32,000 nt of DNA from Idiomarina loihiensis L2TR (GCF_000008465.1 NC_006512.1:2250001-2282000), one strand, 5' to 3'. Positions 17,099 through 27,668 are shown, counted from the first letter of the stretch. Numbers and translations: made by a program. Notes: generated by a model from the sequence alone, not told the origin.

Positions 17099-17276
17099 AA
17101 AATTCGCGCTCTTTTTTTGACCAGCCTCAAACCATAAGGAGCCACCTACGTGCTGACGCGTATTACGCCACCCTAGCCGTCACTTTCCTGTCACAGGTGC
17201 GCAGTAGGCTGTTCTCTGCTTTTCTGGCCATTCCGGCCGCTTTATATTTACGATTAAAATTTGGTGTTATCTATCT

Positions 17277-18767
17277 ATGTTGAAGTCTATCCAGCAGAAC
17301 TGGTTTTCTAATATACGTGGTGATTTGTTGTCAGGTATTGTGGTCGCTTTAGCGCTTATTCCTGAAGCCATCGCATTCTCTATCATCGCCGGCGTTGACC
17401 CTAAAGTGGGCCTGTATGCCTCTTTCTGTATTGCCGTTGTTATTGCTTTTACCGGCGGTCGTCCGGGGATGATATCTGCCGCAACCGCCGCCATGGCCTT
17501 GCTTATGGCGTCGCTGGTCAAAGAGCATGGGCTTGAGTACTTGTTAGCGGCCACCTTACTGACCGGGTTGCTGCAAATTGCTGCCGGCTACCTTAAACTG
17601 GACGAGCTGATGCGCTTTGTGTCGCGCTCGGTGGTCACCGGTTTTGTGAACGCGCTGGCCATTCTCATTTTTATGGCACAGCTGCCGGAGCTGACAAACG
17701 TCACCTGGCATGTCTACGCAATGACAGCTGCTGGCTTAACCATTATTTATGGCTTTCCTTACATACCTTTCATTGGAAGAATACTGCCGTCGCCGCTCAT
17801 CTGTATTGTCACTTTGACCGTTGTTGCGGTTTTCTTAGAAATGGACATTCGCACCGTTGGTGATATGGGTAAATTGCCGGACACCTTGCCTATTTTCCTA
17901 TGGCCTGACGTTCCGTTAAACTTCGAAACCTTAGCTATTATCTTCCCTTACTCGGCGGCACTTGCGGTTGTGGGCATTCTGGAGTCATTAATGACAGCGA
18001 CTATCGTTGACGACCTAACCGATACCCCCAGCGATAAAAACCGCGAATGTAAAGGTCAGGGCGTTGCGAATATCGGCGCAGGTCTGTTAGGCGGAATGGC
18101 TGGTTGCGCCATGATTGGTCAGTCTATTATTAATGTGAAATCGGGCGGTCGTACACGGTTGTCTACATTAACTGCCGGTATCTTCCTGCTGATTATGGTT
18201 CTGGTTCTGGACAAACTGCTGGTGCAAATTCCTATGGCCGCACTGGTTGCCGTAATGATCATGGTCTCTATTGGTACCTTCAGTTGGAGTTCCATTAAGA
18301 ACTTAAAGAAACATCCGCTGTCCACCAATATTGTCATGGTTGCAACAGTTGCGGTCGTTGTCGCAACACATAACCTGGCTTATGGTGTATTGGTTGGTGT
18401 GCTGTTGGCCGCTATGTTCTTTGCGAACAAAATTGGGCATTACCTGTACATTAAGTCAGAGATTGACTCTGACGGCATAAAACGCACTTATCGGGTCATT
18501 GGTCAGGTATTTTTCAGCTCATCTGAAAAGTTTCTTGGCGCATTTGATTTCAAAGAAGGGGTTGAGCAGGTTGTCATCGACCTCAGTCAGGCCCATTTCT
18601 GGGATATCACCGCCGTCGATGCACTTGACCGTGCTGTAGTAAAATTCCGCCGTGAAGGTGCTGAAGTGGAAGTTATAGGGCTTAATGAAGCCAGCGCGAC
18701 CATCGTTGATCGCTTTGGCGTACATGACAAACCCGACGCTGTCGATAAGCTGATGGGCGGGCACTAA
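17277..18767 (+). CDS. SulP-family inorganic anion transporter with a C-terminal STAS domain
   Basis: The N-terminal motif is [25 protein letters not shown]. The protein has many TM segments and a STAS-like C-terminus ([23 protein letters not shown]). Confidence 0.9.
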   Translation: MLKSIQQNWFSNIRGDLLSGIVVALALIPEAIAFSIIAGVDPKVGLYASFCIAVVIAFTGGRPGMISAATAAMALLMASLVKEHGLEYLLAATLLTGLLQIAAGYLKLDELMRFVSRSVVTGFVNALAILIFMAQLPELTNVTWHVYAMTAAGLTIIYGFPYIPFIGRILPSPLICIVTLTVVAVFLEMDIRTVGDMGKLPDTLPIFLWPDVPLNFETLAIIFPYSAALAVVGILESLMTATIVDDLTDTPSDKNRECKGQGVANIGAGLLGGMAGCAMIGQSIINVKSGGRTRLSTLTAGIFLLIMVLVLDKLLVQIPMAALVAVMIMVSIGTFSWSSIKNLKKHPLSTNIVMVATVAVVVATHNLAYGVLVGVLLAAMFFANKIGHYLYIKSEIDSDGIKRTYRVIGQVFFSSSEKFLGAFDFKEGVEQVVIDLSQAHFWDITAVDALDRAVVKFRREGAEVEVIGLNEASATIVDRFGVHDKPDAVDKLMGGH

Positions 18768-18784
18768 TGGAAAAGGATTTAATA

Positions 18785-19633
18785 ATGAAACATGTTGTTG
18801 CTTGTATTGATGGTTCTGCGTCAACTCAATCTGTCTGTGATTACGCCAGTTGGGCAGCATTACGCTTACAAACGCCATTAACGCTTTTTCATGTTCTGGA
18901 CGAAGCGCGTTACCCCACCGAGACTAATATGACAGGTAACATCGGCTTAGGTAGCAGAGAGGCTCTGCTCGAGCAGTTAGCCGAGCTTGATCAGCAGCGC
19001 AGCAAGTTAGCCTTAGAGCAAGGCCACCACATGCTGGAAAGTGCCAAATTACGCGCGACACAAAGTGGCGTCGAACATATCAACTTACGCCAACGACACG
19101 GCGACCTGGCAGAATCCTTATTAGAAGTTGAGGATTCAATGAGACTGCTTGTTATGGGTCTCCACGGCGAAGAGACGACCCGTACGAACCGCGTTGGCAG
19201 CCAACTGGAAACCGTTGTAAGAACAATGCACAGACCTATTCTGATTGCGCCTGAAGAGTTTACAGAACCTAAAAATGTGATGTTAGCATTCGACGGCAGT
19301 GATTCTTCCCGTAAAGGTATTCGCATGCTTGCGGAAAGCCCTATTTTCAGAGGCCTTCCGTTACATTTGGTTATGGTCGGAGCTGATACCAACGACAGTC
19401 GCGCGTCCATCGAAGCAGCATCTAACCACTTGCGGGAGCTGGGACATAATGCGCGATTTGAAATACGCTCAGGCGAAGTTGAGCCTGCACTTCATGCGTA
19501 CCAGGAAGAGCACAATATTGACCTTCTGGTGATGGGAGCTTATGGTCACTCGCGTATTCGTCAGTTTTTAGTAGGCAGCACCACAACTAGCCTGCTACAG
19601 ACAACTAACTCCGCTTTATTGCTGCTACGTTAA
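18785..19633 (+). CDS. Tandem-domain universal stress protein (UspA family)
   Basis: Two Usp modules are present (MKHVVACIDGS... and VMLAFDGSDSS...GAYGHSRIRQFLVGSTT). ATG 18785 has an AAGGA Shine-Dalgarno. The track ORF starts earlier at 18767, overlapping the SulP stop. Confidence 0.85.
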   Translation: MKHVVACIDGSASTQSVCDYASWAALRLQTPLTLFHVLDEARYPTETNMTGNIGLGSREALLEQLAELDQQRSKLALEQGHHMLESAKLRATQSGVEHINLRQRHGDLAESLLEVEDSMRLLVMGLHGEETTRTNRVGSQLETVVRTMHRPILIAPEEFTEPKNVMLAFDGSDSSRKGIRMLAESPIFRGLPLHLVMVGADTNDSRASIEAASNHLRELGHNARFEIRSGEVEPALHAYQEEHNIDLLVMGAYGHSRIRQFLVGSTTTSLLQTTNSALLLLR

Positions 19634-19667
19634 TTGCAGCAAACAAGACGATTTCAAGGAAAATAAC

Positions 19668-20897
19668 ATGACGCCAGACTGGGAAGAGTTTGATCTCGAT
19701 GACCGCTTAATTGCGGTTCTTCGCGATGCTGAACTGAACAAACCAGCAAAAGTACAACAACAGAGTATTCCTGCCGCCCTGGATGGTCGCGACTTACTTA
19801 TTAGTGCACCGACCGGAACAGGTAAAACTTTGGCTTTCCTGCTGCCGGCACTGCAACATTTGCTGGATTTCCCGCGTCAACAACCGGGACCAGCTCGTAT
19901 ACTGGTGTTGGCTCCAACCCGCGAACTGGCTGAACAAATCCATGAACAGGCTAAACAGTTTGAGGCCAAAACCGGGTTAACCTCTGTGGTTGTCACCGGA
20001 GGCATCAACTATGGTTCGCAGCTGTCGGTATTAGAGAAGACACACGACATACTGGTTGCGACACCGGGTCGACTAATGGACTTACTTGAAGCCGAACAGT
20101 ACAACCTGGAAGGCATTGAGTGGCTGATTATTGATGAAGCCGACCGAATGCTGGATATGGGTTTTGCCGCAACGGTAAAAGAAATGGCTCTGCAGGCACG
20201 TCATCGTCAGCAGTCCTTGCTACTGTCAGCAACGCTGAATAGCTCCGGCGTGATTAAGTTTTCCCGCGAGTTATTAACCGAACCCGAGTACATTGATGTG
20301 CAGCCTCCCAAACGTGAGCGCGGTAAAATTCTTCAGTGGGTTCATTTAGCGGATACCGACGAACATAAGCGTAAACTGTTAATGAGCGTGCTTCAGGCGC
20401 ACCCCGGGCGGCAGTTTGTCTTTGTCAGAACACGTGAACGCGTAGAGCTTATTGCAAACTTTCTGCGCAGCCAGTTTGGTACCGGCCGTAAAATTGTGAC
20501 ACTGCGGGGCGATATGCCGCAAAGTGATCGTCAGCGCATTATGAACGAGCTTAAACAAACGACGGAAATTACCTTAGTTGCTACTGATATTGCAGCGCGA
20601 GGGCTGGATGTAGACGACATCACTTTGGTGGTTAATTATGACCTTCCTAAGCAAGCTGATGTTTATCTGCACCGAATTGGGCGCACAGCCCGCGGCGGAC
20701 AAAAAGGAACGGCCGTATCGCTGGTAGAAGCACATGATGCTTTACTACTGGGCCGTGTCGAGCGTTACCTGGACGCCAAACTAGACAGACGAACTATTGA
20801 AGGGTTAAAACCTCAATATAAGTTTCCGTCGACAGAAAAGTCCCGCTCGAAGAAAAAAGTGAAGAAGAAAACGGATAAAAAGAAGAAGTCGCGTTAA
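19668..20897 (+). CDS. srmB: DEAD-box ATP-dependent RNA helicase, SrmB-like
   Basis: The Q motif, motif I APTGTGKT, motif II DEAD, the SAT motif and HRIGRTARGG are all present. The tail is Lys-rich. Confidence 0.8.
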   Translation: MTPDWEEFDLDDRLIAVLRDAELNKPAKVQQQSIPAALDGRDLLISAPTGTGKTLAFLLPALQHLLDFPRQQPGPARILVLAPTRELAEQIHEQAKQFEAKTGLTSVVVTGGINYGSQLSVLEKTHDILVATPGRLMDLLEAEQYNLEGIEWLIIDEADRMLDMGFAATVKEMALQARHRQQSLLLSATLNSSGVIKFSRELLTEPEYIDVQPPKRERGKILQWVHLADTDEHKRKLLMSVLQAHPGRQFVFVRTRERVELIANFLRSQFGTGRKIVTLRGDMPQSDRQRIMNELKQTTEITLVATDIAARGLDVDDITLVVNYDLPKQADVYLHRIGRTARGGQKGTAVSLVEAHDALLLGRVERYLDAKLDRRTIEGLKPQYKFPSTEKSRSKKKVKKKTDKKKKSR

Positions 20898-20908
20898 CGC
20901 GACTTCTT
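20883..20908 (-). terminator. Perfect 26 bp palindrome AAGAAGTCGCG-TTAA-CGCGACTTCTT at the overlapping 3' ends of srmB and the VanZ-like gene. It is a likely intrinsic terminator, at least for the minus-strand transcript.
   Basis: An 11 bp GC-containing stem is seen. On the minus strand it is followed immediately by CTTTTTATCCGTTTTC. There is no T-run on the plus side. Confidence 0.5.
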
Positions 20909-21226
20909 GCTTAGTAAATGGTGCAAAATAAAATAAGCTACAACGCCACTGGCATCCGCTAACCAATCGTAAACATCGGCACTACGGCCAGGCGCATAAG
21001 ACTGGGCTATTTCTATTAAAAAGCCGTAGCAAACTAAAATCAGTAACGACAGTTTAGCCGACAACGCAAAAGCTCTGTGAAACGTCAGTGCTAAGACAAA
21101 AAAGATTCCAAAGTGAACCAACTTATCCAGATGCGGAATGCTCTGAGCTCCGGTACTTGGAAACTGCCACAAAAACAGAAAGGTGGCTGTCGATAACACA
21201 ACAAAAAATAGGGCTCTTGCCAGCAT
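20894..21226 (-). CDS. VanZ-like small membrane protein
   Basis: The 110 aa protein has 4 predicted TM segments and the motifs HLDKLVHFGIF and EIAQSY..GRSADVYDWLAD, typical of the VanZ family. Confidence 0.65.
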   Translation of the reverse strand: MLARALFFVVLSTATFLFLWQFPSTGAQSIPHLDKLVHFGIFFVLALTFHRAFALSAKLSLLILVCYGFLIEIAQSYAPGRSADVYDWLADASGVVAYFILHHLLSKKSR

Positions 21227-21244
21227 AGTTTACTTCTCTCTAAA

Positions 21245-22696
21245 TTAGGGCTTATAAACCGATACGTTGTTATAACCATTTTCGTGCAATAACAAAGCCT
21301 GCATCCGGCTCATAATTCCTTGATCACAGTACAGCAAGTATTCCCGGCTTTGATCCAGTTCAGCAAACTGAGAGGCTAACTTGAAAAATGGAATTTCAAT
21401 AACCTCAACTTCTACTGACAAGGGTGCTGCTTCAATTTCTTCATCGTTTCGAATATCTATGATGGTTGTGTCGGTACTGAGTTCCGTTGTGGTATCCGGC
21501 AGCGCCAGTTCTGCGTCTGTTTGCGTCGCTATATCCTGCATGCTCAGTACGTTTGACGCCCGTACCACCTGATCGAGTAAATCTTTGTTAAGCTTCGCTT
21601 CTTCGGCTTCGATAACCGCCGGAATGGCTTTAACCGTGGGCTTATTAGAAATAACGCCACAATATTCAGGAATGGATTTAGCCAATGGTTCGGTGCCAAT
21701 ACGCTTTGCCTCGTCCACAATTTCCTGTTTGTCTTTGGTTATTAGCGGGCGTAAAACTAATGCCGATGTAGCTTGATCGATCACCCTCAGATTAGACAGG
21801 GTCTGACTGGATACCTGCCCCATAGCTTCACCCGTTACCAGCGCCTGCGCTTTCACATAACGAGCGACTTTATCCGCAGCCCGCAGCATTTGCCGTTTTA
21901 GCACAACACCCATCTGGCCGTTATCGACATTTGTCAGAATGTCATCAACAATAGGGGCAAAATCAACACTAATAAACTTAATGGGGTGCGAGGAGCTGTA
22001 GCGCTTCCACAAATAATAGGCTATTTGACGCACCGCCACTTCATGGGCGTCGCCGCCTAAATTAAAAAAGCAAAAGTGAGTCCGCGCGCCGCGCCGGATA
22101 AAATCATAGGTTGCAACGCCAGAATCAAAACCACCACTTAACAATGACAGTACGGTTTCCTGAGTAGGAATAGGAAAACCACCTAAGCCATTCACTCGCT
22201 CCCCAACCAAGTGAACAATCTGATTAGTAATTTGCAGCGCAATGTCCAGGTCCGGATTAGAAAGGTTTACAGAAGTATCCGGAACACGCTCCAGCAAATA
22301 GCCACCAACATAGCGTTCTAACTGCTGTGAATTAAACTCGTGGTTACCTTTACGTTTAACCCGCATAGCAAAACTTTTTCCCGGTAAACGCTTTAACCAG
22401 TGCTCACCAACTAACTCGGCAATAGCATCAAAATCGGTTAGCGACCGCTCTATAACTTCGGCAAACCAGGAAATACCGGGGGTGTTTTGCAGAATCTCTT
22501 TGATTTCACTACGCACCTGAGAGTCGTCGCCATCAGCAGAAACTTCGATGCGATCCCACAGCCATTTGACGTATATCGAGTCATCGACCGGAGCCAGAAT
22601 TTTACGCAGGTTATTGGTCAGTACTTTACCGTAACGCTTACGAACAGAACGGCTTTTAATGGTAATTTCAGCGTGCAGGCGAACAACAAACTTCAT
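21245..22696 (-). CDS. thiI: tRNA 4-thiouridine(8) synthase ThiI, with a C-terminal rhodanese domain
   Basis: It has the N-terminus MKFVVRLHAEITIKSRSVRKRY, a THUMP region, a PP-loop (LLSGGFDSGVA) and a C-terminal rhodanese-like segment with Cys (LLYCDQGIMS). Confidence 0.9.
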   Translation of the reverse strand: MKFVVRLHAEITIKSRSVRKRYGKVLTNNLRKILAPVDDSIYVKWLWDRIEVSADGDDSQVRSEIKEILQNTPGISWFAEVIERSLTDFDAIAELVGEHWLKRLPGKSFAMRVKRKGNHEFNSQQLERYVGGYLLERVPDTSVNLSNPDLDIALQITNQIVHLVGERVNGLGGFPIPTQETVLSLLSGGFDSGVATYDFIRRGARTHFCFFNLGGDAHEVAVRQIAYYLWKRYSSSHPIKFISVDFAPIVDDILTNVDNGQMGVVLKRQMLRAADKVARYVKAQALVTGEAMGQVSSQTLSNLRVIDQATSALVLRPLITKDKQEIVDEAKRIGTEPLAKSIPEYCGVISNKPTVKAIPAVIEAEEAKLNKDLLDQVVRASNVLSMQDIATQTDAELALPDTTTELSTDTTIIDIRNDEEIEAAPLSVEVEVIEIPFFKLASQFAELDQSREYLLYCDQGIMSRMQALLLHENGYNNVSVYKP

Positions 22697-22762
22697 AGCT
22701 AAATCGTCAAGTCTTTAGGAAAGTGGGCAATTATACGTGTCCTGCCCGGCAGAAACCAGCGC

Positions 22763-23701
22763 TCAGTCTATTACATCAACCGGGTCAGATTCTGCCGCTT
22801 TACCTTGCATTATCGATATTTCAACACGACGGTTTCGCTTGCGGTTTTCTTCCGAGTTATTCGGCACCAATGGCTTAGTATCCGAGTAACCCATAACCAC
22901 CAGACGATCTTCGCTAAAGTCATCCACTTTCAGCATTTCTTCTGCAACCGCAACCGCTCGCTTACTGGAGAGATCCCAGTCCGATGAGTAGATTTCCGAT
23001 ACCAGTTTTTCATTATCACTGTGGCCAGAAATAGTGACCTCACCCGGAATATCTTTCAATGCCCCGGCAACCTGCTGAATAATAGGCCGGAACTGCGGCT
23101 GTAAAAATGCCGAACCTTCAGGAAATGAGCCTTGTTCACGTATGCGAATAATAATTTGCTGACCGTGCTGCTCAAGCTCAATAGTGCCAGCTTTAATCTC
23201 ATTCTCAAGCTGCCGCTCGATACGACGCATAAGCTCCTTAGATACCTGCGTCATAGCTTCAGTATTTTCCGCTTCTGCCTCTTTTTGGTCATCCGCGCTG
23301 TCGGACTCCTGACCGCCCCGCTCGGTTTGCTGACCACCGGCAAAGTCGGACTCACCTTCCTGAAATTCCAGCATCTGCTGCGTCATTTCTACGGTCTGCT
23401 GCTGGATAGTTTCAATGGGCGTTGGCTCTGGCCGCCCGGGACGGAACTCCTGAGCGATAACACTGGTACCCTTAGGAATGTCTTTCACTTCAATTTTATT
23501 TTGCACACCTAAAGCGTACTTCATTGAACCGGCTATTTGCTTAAACTTCAGCACGTCCATTTCGGAGAAAGCCAATAACAGCACGAAGAAGCACATGAGC
23601 AAGGTCATGAGATCGGCAAAGGTTGCCATCCACATAGGCAATCCCGGGGGCGGGCAATTGCAGTCCTCTTGTTCTTCGTCTCTGACTTTCTCTGAGGCCA
23701 T
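22763..23701 (-). CDS. pomB: Flagellar stator protein PomB/MotB (sodium-type by similarity)
   Basis: The N-terminus CNCPPPGLPMWMATFADLMTLLMCFFVLLLAFSEMDVLKFKQ closely resembles Vibrio PomB, including the TM Asp. The C-terminus is an OmpA-like peptidoglycan-binding domain (GHSDN...NRRVEI). Confidence 0.85.
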   Translation of the reverse strand: MASEKVRDEEQEDCNCPPPGLPMWMATFADLMTLLMCFFVLLLAFSEMDVLKFKQIAGSMKYALGVQNKIEVKDIPKGTSVIAQEFRPGRPEPTPIETIQQQTVEMTQQMLEFQEGESDFAGGQQTERGGQESDSADDQKEAEAENTEAMTQVSKELMRRIERQLENEIKAGTIELEQHGQQIIIRIREQGSFPEGSAFLQPQFRPIIQQVAGALKDIPGEVTISGHSDNEKLVSEIYSSDWDLSSKRAVAVAEEMLKVDDFSEDRLVVMGYSDTKPLVPNNSEENRKRNRRVEISIMQGKAAESDPVDVID

Positions 23702-23703
23702 AA

Positions 23704-24471
23704 CTACTCGTCCTCATCCTCGTTACCAATACGCTTAGATTCAGCTAAGTAATTACGTAAAATACCTTCAATGACACGAGGGTTCTGACCGTCCTGAATA
23801 CCTAAAATGGCGTCCAGTATCAGTTGCCGGTTCAGCTTTTCCTGTTCGGCCCGTAGCAATAACTTATTCGCGATAGGAATGGCAATAACGTTGGCTAAAA
23901 AGGCACCATAAAGGGTGGTTAACAAAGCAACGGCCATGGCTGGGCCTATCGCTTTGGGGTCATCCATATTAGACAGCATCGCAACCAGACCAATCAGGGT
24001 ACCAATCATACCCATAGCCGGTGATACATCGCTCAGTATTTTGAATACCCGGGCGCCCTCTTCATGGCGGGCAAAGCTCATTTTTATATCTTTCGACAAG
24101 GTTTGGCGGACAACTTCGGCATCGTGACCGTCAACCAGCATGTCTACGCCTTTACGAAAGAATTTGTTCGGAATTTCCGCTTCTTCAAGCGCCAGAAAGC
24201 CACCTTTACGCGCCGAGTCAGCCATCTCAACAGCCGTATCGATAAGCTCTTGTGGATGTTCAATTTTAAAGAAAAACGCCTTAACGACCACTTTCCCCGT
24301 GCCCAGAAACTGGCCCAGAGAAAAGTTCGCTAAGGTTATAAATAATGAACCGCCGAAGACGATAAAGAACGATTGGGTATCTAAAAACAGGGTTATGTCC
24401 CCACCCAGAACCATAGCAACGACGACAAAGCCGATGGCCCCTATAATTCCTAAGAGCGTTGCTATATCCAC
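23704..24471 (-). CDS. pomA: Flagellar stator protein PomA/MotA
   Basis: The 255 aa protein has 4 TM segments and MotA-family motifs (PAMGMIGTLIGLV, TTLYGAFLANV). It lies 3 bp upstream of pomB. Confidence 0.85.
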   Translation of the reverse strand: MDIATLLGIIGAIGFVVVAMVLGGDITLFLDTQSFFIVFGGSLFITLANFSLGQFLGTGKVVVKAFFFKIEHPQELIDTAVEMADSARKGGFLALEEAEIPNKFFRKGVDMLVDGHDAEVVRQTLSKDIKMSFARHEEGARVFKILSDVSPAMGMIGTLIGLVAMLSNMDDPKAIGPAMAVALLTTLYGAFLANVIAIPIANKLLLRAEQEKLNRQLILDAILGIQDGQNPRVIEGILRNYLAESKRIGNEDEDE

Positions 24472-24673
24472 TCAGCCTTCCTCCCCGATTTGAGTTTTCA
24501 TTTATGCTGTTGTGCTCATTCTTAAACAATCGCGTCGCGCTTACAAGCGACATCTGTTCATCTTACACAGGAATAATGAGATCATCGGCTGACATTCAGG
24601 ATTCTTTATCGGATAATTAACTTTCATTCTATTAGCAATGCGGCTCATAACAGATTTTAAGGCAGACTTAGCT

Positions 24674-24910
24674 ATGGCAGACGAACAGAAACAGCAATCT
24701 TTCGAACAGGCTCTGGAGCAGCTAGAGCAACTGGTTAATGAACTGGAACAAGGCGACTTACCGCTTGAGCAATCGCTGAAAAAATTCGAACAAGCCATTG
24801 CCTTGTCACGTTCCAGCCAGCAACAATTGCAGCAGGCTGAGCAAAAAGTGACAACTTTGTTGGCTGAACAGCAATCTGGAAATGATGAAAGCAATGGAGA
24901 ACTGATGTGA
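24674..24910 (+). CDS. xseB: Exodeoxyribonuclease VII small subunit
   Basis: SFEQALEQLEQLVNELEQGDLPLEQSLKKFEQAIALSRSSQQQLQQAEQKV is a typical XseB sequence. The ATG at 24674 is preferred over the upstream in-frame ATG at 24638. Confidence 0.85.
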   Translation: MADEQKQQSFEQALEQLEQLVNELEQGDLPLEQSLKKFEQAIALSRSSQQQLQQAEQKVTTLLAEQQSGNDESNGELM

Positions 24911-25794
24911 CGATTAACTCGTTAACAGCAGCAACACGAGAACAAGTCGATTCATTCTTAAAGCAAGCGCTCGCGCAGTTAACCCTGAACCCGCGTCTGA
25001 ACCAGGCCATGCAGCACGGAGTGTTAATGGGCGGAAAACGTATTCGCCCCTATCTGCTGGTGACCGTTGCCGATATTTGTGGCGCCAATAAGAATGACGC
25101 TCTGCAAGCCGCTGCCGCTGTTGAGTTGATACATGCTTATTCTTTAATTCATGACGACTTGCCAGCAATGGATGATGACGATTTACGCCGTGGTCAGCCG
25201 ACTTGCCACATTGCTTACGACGAGGCGACAGCGATTTTAGCCGGAGATGCGCTACAGACACTGGCTTTCGAAGTCTTAACCGAAAACCGTATGGAACAAT
25301 TACCCAGTGAACGACAGCTGCAATTAGTTCAGGTACTGGCTAAAGCCAGCGGTGCCCGCGGCATGTGTGCAGGTCAGGCAATAGACTTACAGGCAACAGC
25401 TAAAATCGTCACTGAAGACGCACTAGAGCAAATGCATTTAAGTAAAACCGGCGCGTTGATAACCGCCGCCGCCACTATGGGTGTATTGTGTGGTAATGAC
25501 AATGCGCAACAATGGCGGGAAAAGTTTGAGCAGTTCGCTCATTATCTGGGGCTGGCATTTCAAGTACAGGATGATATCCTCGACGTAACAGGTAATACTG
25601 AAGCTCTGGGCAAACCTCAGGGGTCAGATACCGCGTCTGAAAAATCAACTTACGTGCGTTTGCTCGGTATTGAAGGTGCTCAGCAACGCCTGCAAAACTT
25701 ACACCATAAAGCACTACAGTCGTTAAGCGATATCCCTTACAATACAGACAGACTTGAACAATTTTCCGACTTGCTGTTAAAGCGGGACCACTAA
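24907..25794 (+). CDS. ispA: Farnesyl diphosphate synthase (geranyltranstransferase)
   Basis: Both Asp-rich motifs are present (LIHDDLPAMDDDDLRRG and QVQDDILD). The GTG start overlaps the xseB stop (GTGA). Confidence 0.9.
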   Translation: MTINSLTAATREQVDSFLKQALAQLTLNPRLNQAMQHGVLMGGKRIRPYLLVTVADICGANKNDALQAAAAVELIHAYSLIHDDLPAMDDDDLRRGQPTCHIAYDEATAILAGDALQTLAFEVLTENRMEQLPSERQLQLVQVLAKASGARGMCAGQAIDLQATAKIVTEDALEQMHLSKTGALITAAATMGVLCGNDNAQQWREKFEQFAHYLGLAFQVQDDILDVTGNTEALGKPQGSDTASEKSTYVRLLGIEGAQQRLQNLHHKALQSLSDIPYNTDRLEQFSDLLLKRDH

Positions 25795-25798
25795 CTGA

Positions 25799-27655
25799 AT
25801 GACTCAACAATATCCGTTACTTGATAAAATTAACTCCCCCGCTGACCTGCGCCGTTTACCGCGGACGCAATTGCCGGAACTGTGCGCAGAAATTAGACAG
25901 TTTTTATTAACCTCAGTGAGCCAAAGCAGCGGCCACCTCGCGTCAGGTTTAGGCACCGTAGAGCTTACGGTTGCCCTGCATTATGTGTATCACACACCAG
26001 AAGATAAGCTGGTTTGGGACGTTGGCCATCAGGCTTACCCACATAAAATTCTGACCGGGCGTAAACAACGGTTGCACTCTATTCGTCAAAAAGACGGGCT
26101 TCACCCTTTTCCCTGGCGCGAAGAGAGTGAATACGATGTGCTCTCAGTCGGGCATTCAAGTACGTCTATATCAGCAGCGTTAGGCATGGCGGTAGCAGCG
26201 CAAAGGCAAAGTCTACGACAAAAAGTCGTCTCTATTATCGGCGACGGTGCAATGACCGCCGGTATGGCATTTGAAGCCATGAATCATGCTGGTGATATAA
26301 AACCAGATATGTTGGTGGTGCTGAACGACAATGACATGTCTATTTCAGAAAACGTTGGTGCTCTGAACCATCATTTCGCCCGCCTTTTATCTGGTCGTTT
26401 TTATACCTCGCTGCGGGAAGGCAGCAAAAAATTACTCAGCCCGCTGCCTCATATTCGTCATTTTGCCAGCCGTGCCGAAGAGCACATGAAGGGCATGATG
26501 GCACCGGGCACTATTTTTGAAGAGCTGGGATTCAATTACATAGGCCCGATAGACGGCCATGATGTTGATACTCTGGTTGATACGTTATCGAACATGCGCA
26601 GTTTAGGCGGTCCGCAGTTGCTGCACATTGTGACGCAAAAAGGCAAAGGTTACCGACCTGCAGAGAGAGATCCTATTGGTTACCATGGCGTGCCAAAGTT
26701 TGATCCCAAAGAGTCCAGCCTGCCTGAGAAAGCACCGGGTATTCCCAGCTATTCTGAAATTTTTGGCCAATGGCTGTGCGATACCGCAAGTAATGACAAG
26801 TCGCTAATGGCAATAACACCGGCGATGCGTGAAGGTTCCGGTATGGTGACGTTTTCACAGCAATATCCACAACAGTACTTTGACGTGGCTATAGCTGAAC
26901 AGCACAGTGTGACTTACGCAGCGGGCCTGGCTATTTCAGGACTGAAACCGGTTGTCGCCATTTACTCCACCTTTTTACAGCGCGGTTATGATCAGCTCAT
27001 TCACGATGTCGCTCTGCAAAACCTTGATGTGCTCTTCGCCATTGACCGTGCCGGTATTGTCGGTGCCGATGGCCCCACTCACCAGGGCGCATTTGACTTA
27101 AGTTACCTTCGTTGCATACCTAATATGGTGGTAATGGCTCCCAGTAATGAACAAGAGTGTCTGGACATGCTAACCACCGGGTATCAGTACAAAGGTCCGG
27201 CAGCAGTTCGTTATCCCCGTGGAGCCGGTGTTGGTCTGGAGCTTCGTAAGGGTAAAGTTATTGATATAGGAAAAGCTCAAACCCTTACTGAGGGGCAGAA
27301 TATTGCTTTCCTTAATTTTGGTACCCTGCTGCCGGAAGTGGAAGCAGCGGCAGCCAAATTTAATGCCACCGTTGTCGATATGCGTTTCATAAAACCTCTG
27401 GACACAGCTTGTCTGGACCAGTTAATGACAACCCATTCAGTGCTGGTAACTGTAGAGGAAAATGTCATAGCAGGCGGCGCAGGCGGTGCCGTGAGCGAAT
27501 ACGTAGCCCAACACAAAGCAAGCCCGCAAGTGTTAACAATAGGCTTACCGGACGAGTTTATTAAACATGGTTCGCAAGGTGAAGTTCGTGCCGAACTGGG
27601 TCTGGATGCCGCAGGTATTGAGCGGCAGGTGAATGACTTTATAAAAAAAAGCTGA
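25799..27655 (+). CDS. dxs: 1-deoxy-D-xylulose-5-phosphate synthase
   Basis: The 618 aa protein has a TPP-binding motif ([18 protein letters not shown]...LNDN). The xseB-ispA-dxs synteny is canonical. Confidence 0.95.
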   Translation: MTQQYPLLDKINSPADLRRLPRTQLPELCAEIRQFLLTSVSQSSGHLASGLGTVELTVALHYVYHTPEDKLVWDVGHQAYPHKILTGRKQRLHSIRQKDGLHPFPWREESEYDVLSVGHSSTSISAALGMAVAAQRQSLRQKVVSIIGDGAMTAGMAFEAMNHAGDIKPDMLVVLNDNDMSISENVGALNHHFARLLSGRFYTSLREGSKKLLSPLPHIRHFASRAEEHMKGMMAPGTIFEELGFNYIGPIDGHDVDTLVDTLSNMRSLGGPQLLHIVTQKGKGYRPAERDPIGYHGVPKFDPKESSLPEKAPGIPSYSEIFGQWLCDTASNDKSLMAITPAMREGSGMVTFSQQYPQQYFDVAIAEQHSVTYAAGLAISGLKPVVAIYSTFLQRGYDQLIHDVALQNLDVLFAIDRAGIVGADGPTHQGAFDLSYLRCIPNMVVMAPSNEQECLDMLTTGYQYKGPAAVRYPRGAGVGLELRKGKVIDIGKAQTLTEGQNIAFLNFGTLLPEVEAAAAKFNATVVDMRFIKPLDTACLDQLMTTHSVLVTVEENVIAGGAGGAVSEYVAQHKASPQVLTIGLPDEFIKHGSQGEVRAELGLDAAGIERQVNDFIKKS

Positions 27656-27668
27656 AGTATATGGCAAG

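Noticed and set aside
18991-19410. 139 aa minus-strand ORF
   Set aside because: It is antisense to the tandem Usp gene and has no independent support.
24472-24673. Sigma28 (FliA) promoter upstream of pomA
   Set aside because: On the minus strand there is a CCGATAA (24608-24614) resembling the FliA -10. The best TAAAG-like element (AAAGTT) is only about 4-5 bp away instead of about 11 bp, and no acceptable -35 lies at the correct spacing.
24541-24894. 117 aa Cys/Ser-rich ORF on the minus strand
   Set aside because: It lies antisense to xseB. The composition is a mirror artefact of the Gln/Glu/Leu-rich, CAG/GAA/CTG-dominated xseB reading frame. It has no start context or domain features.
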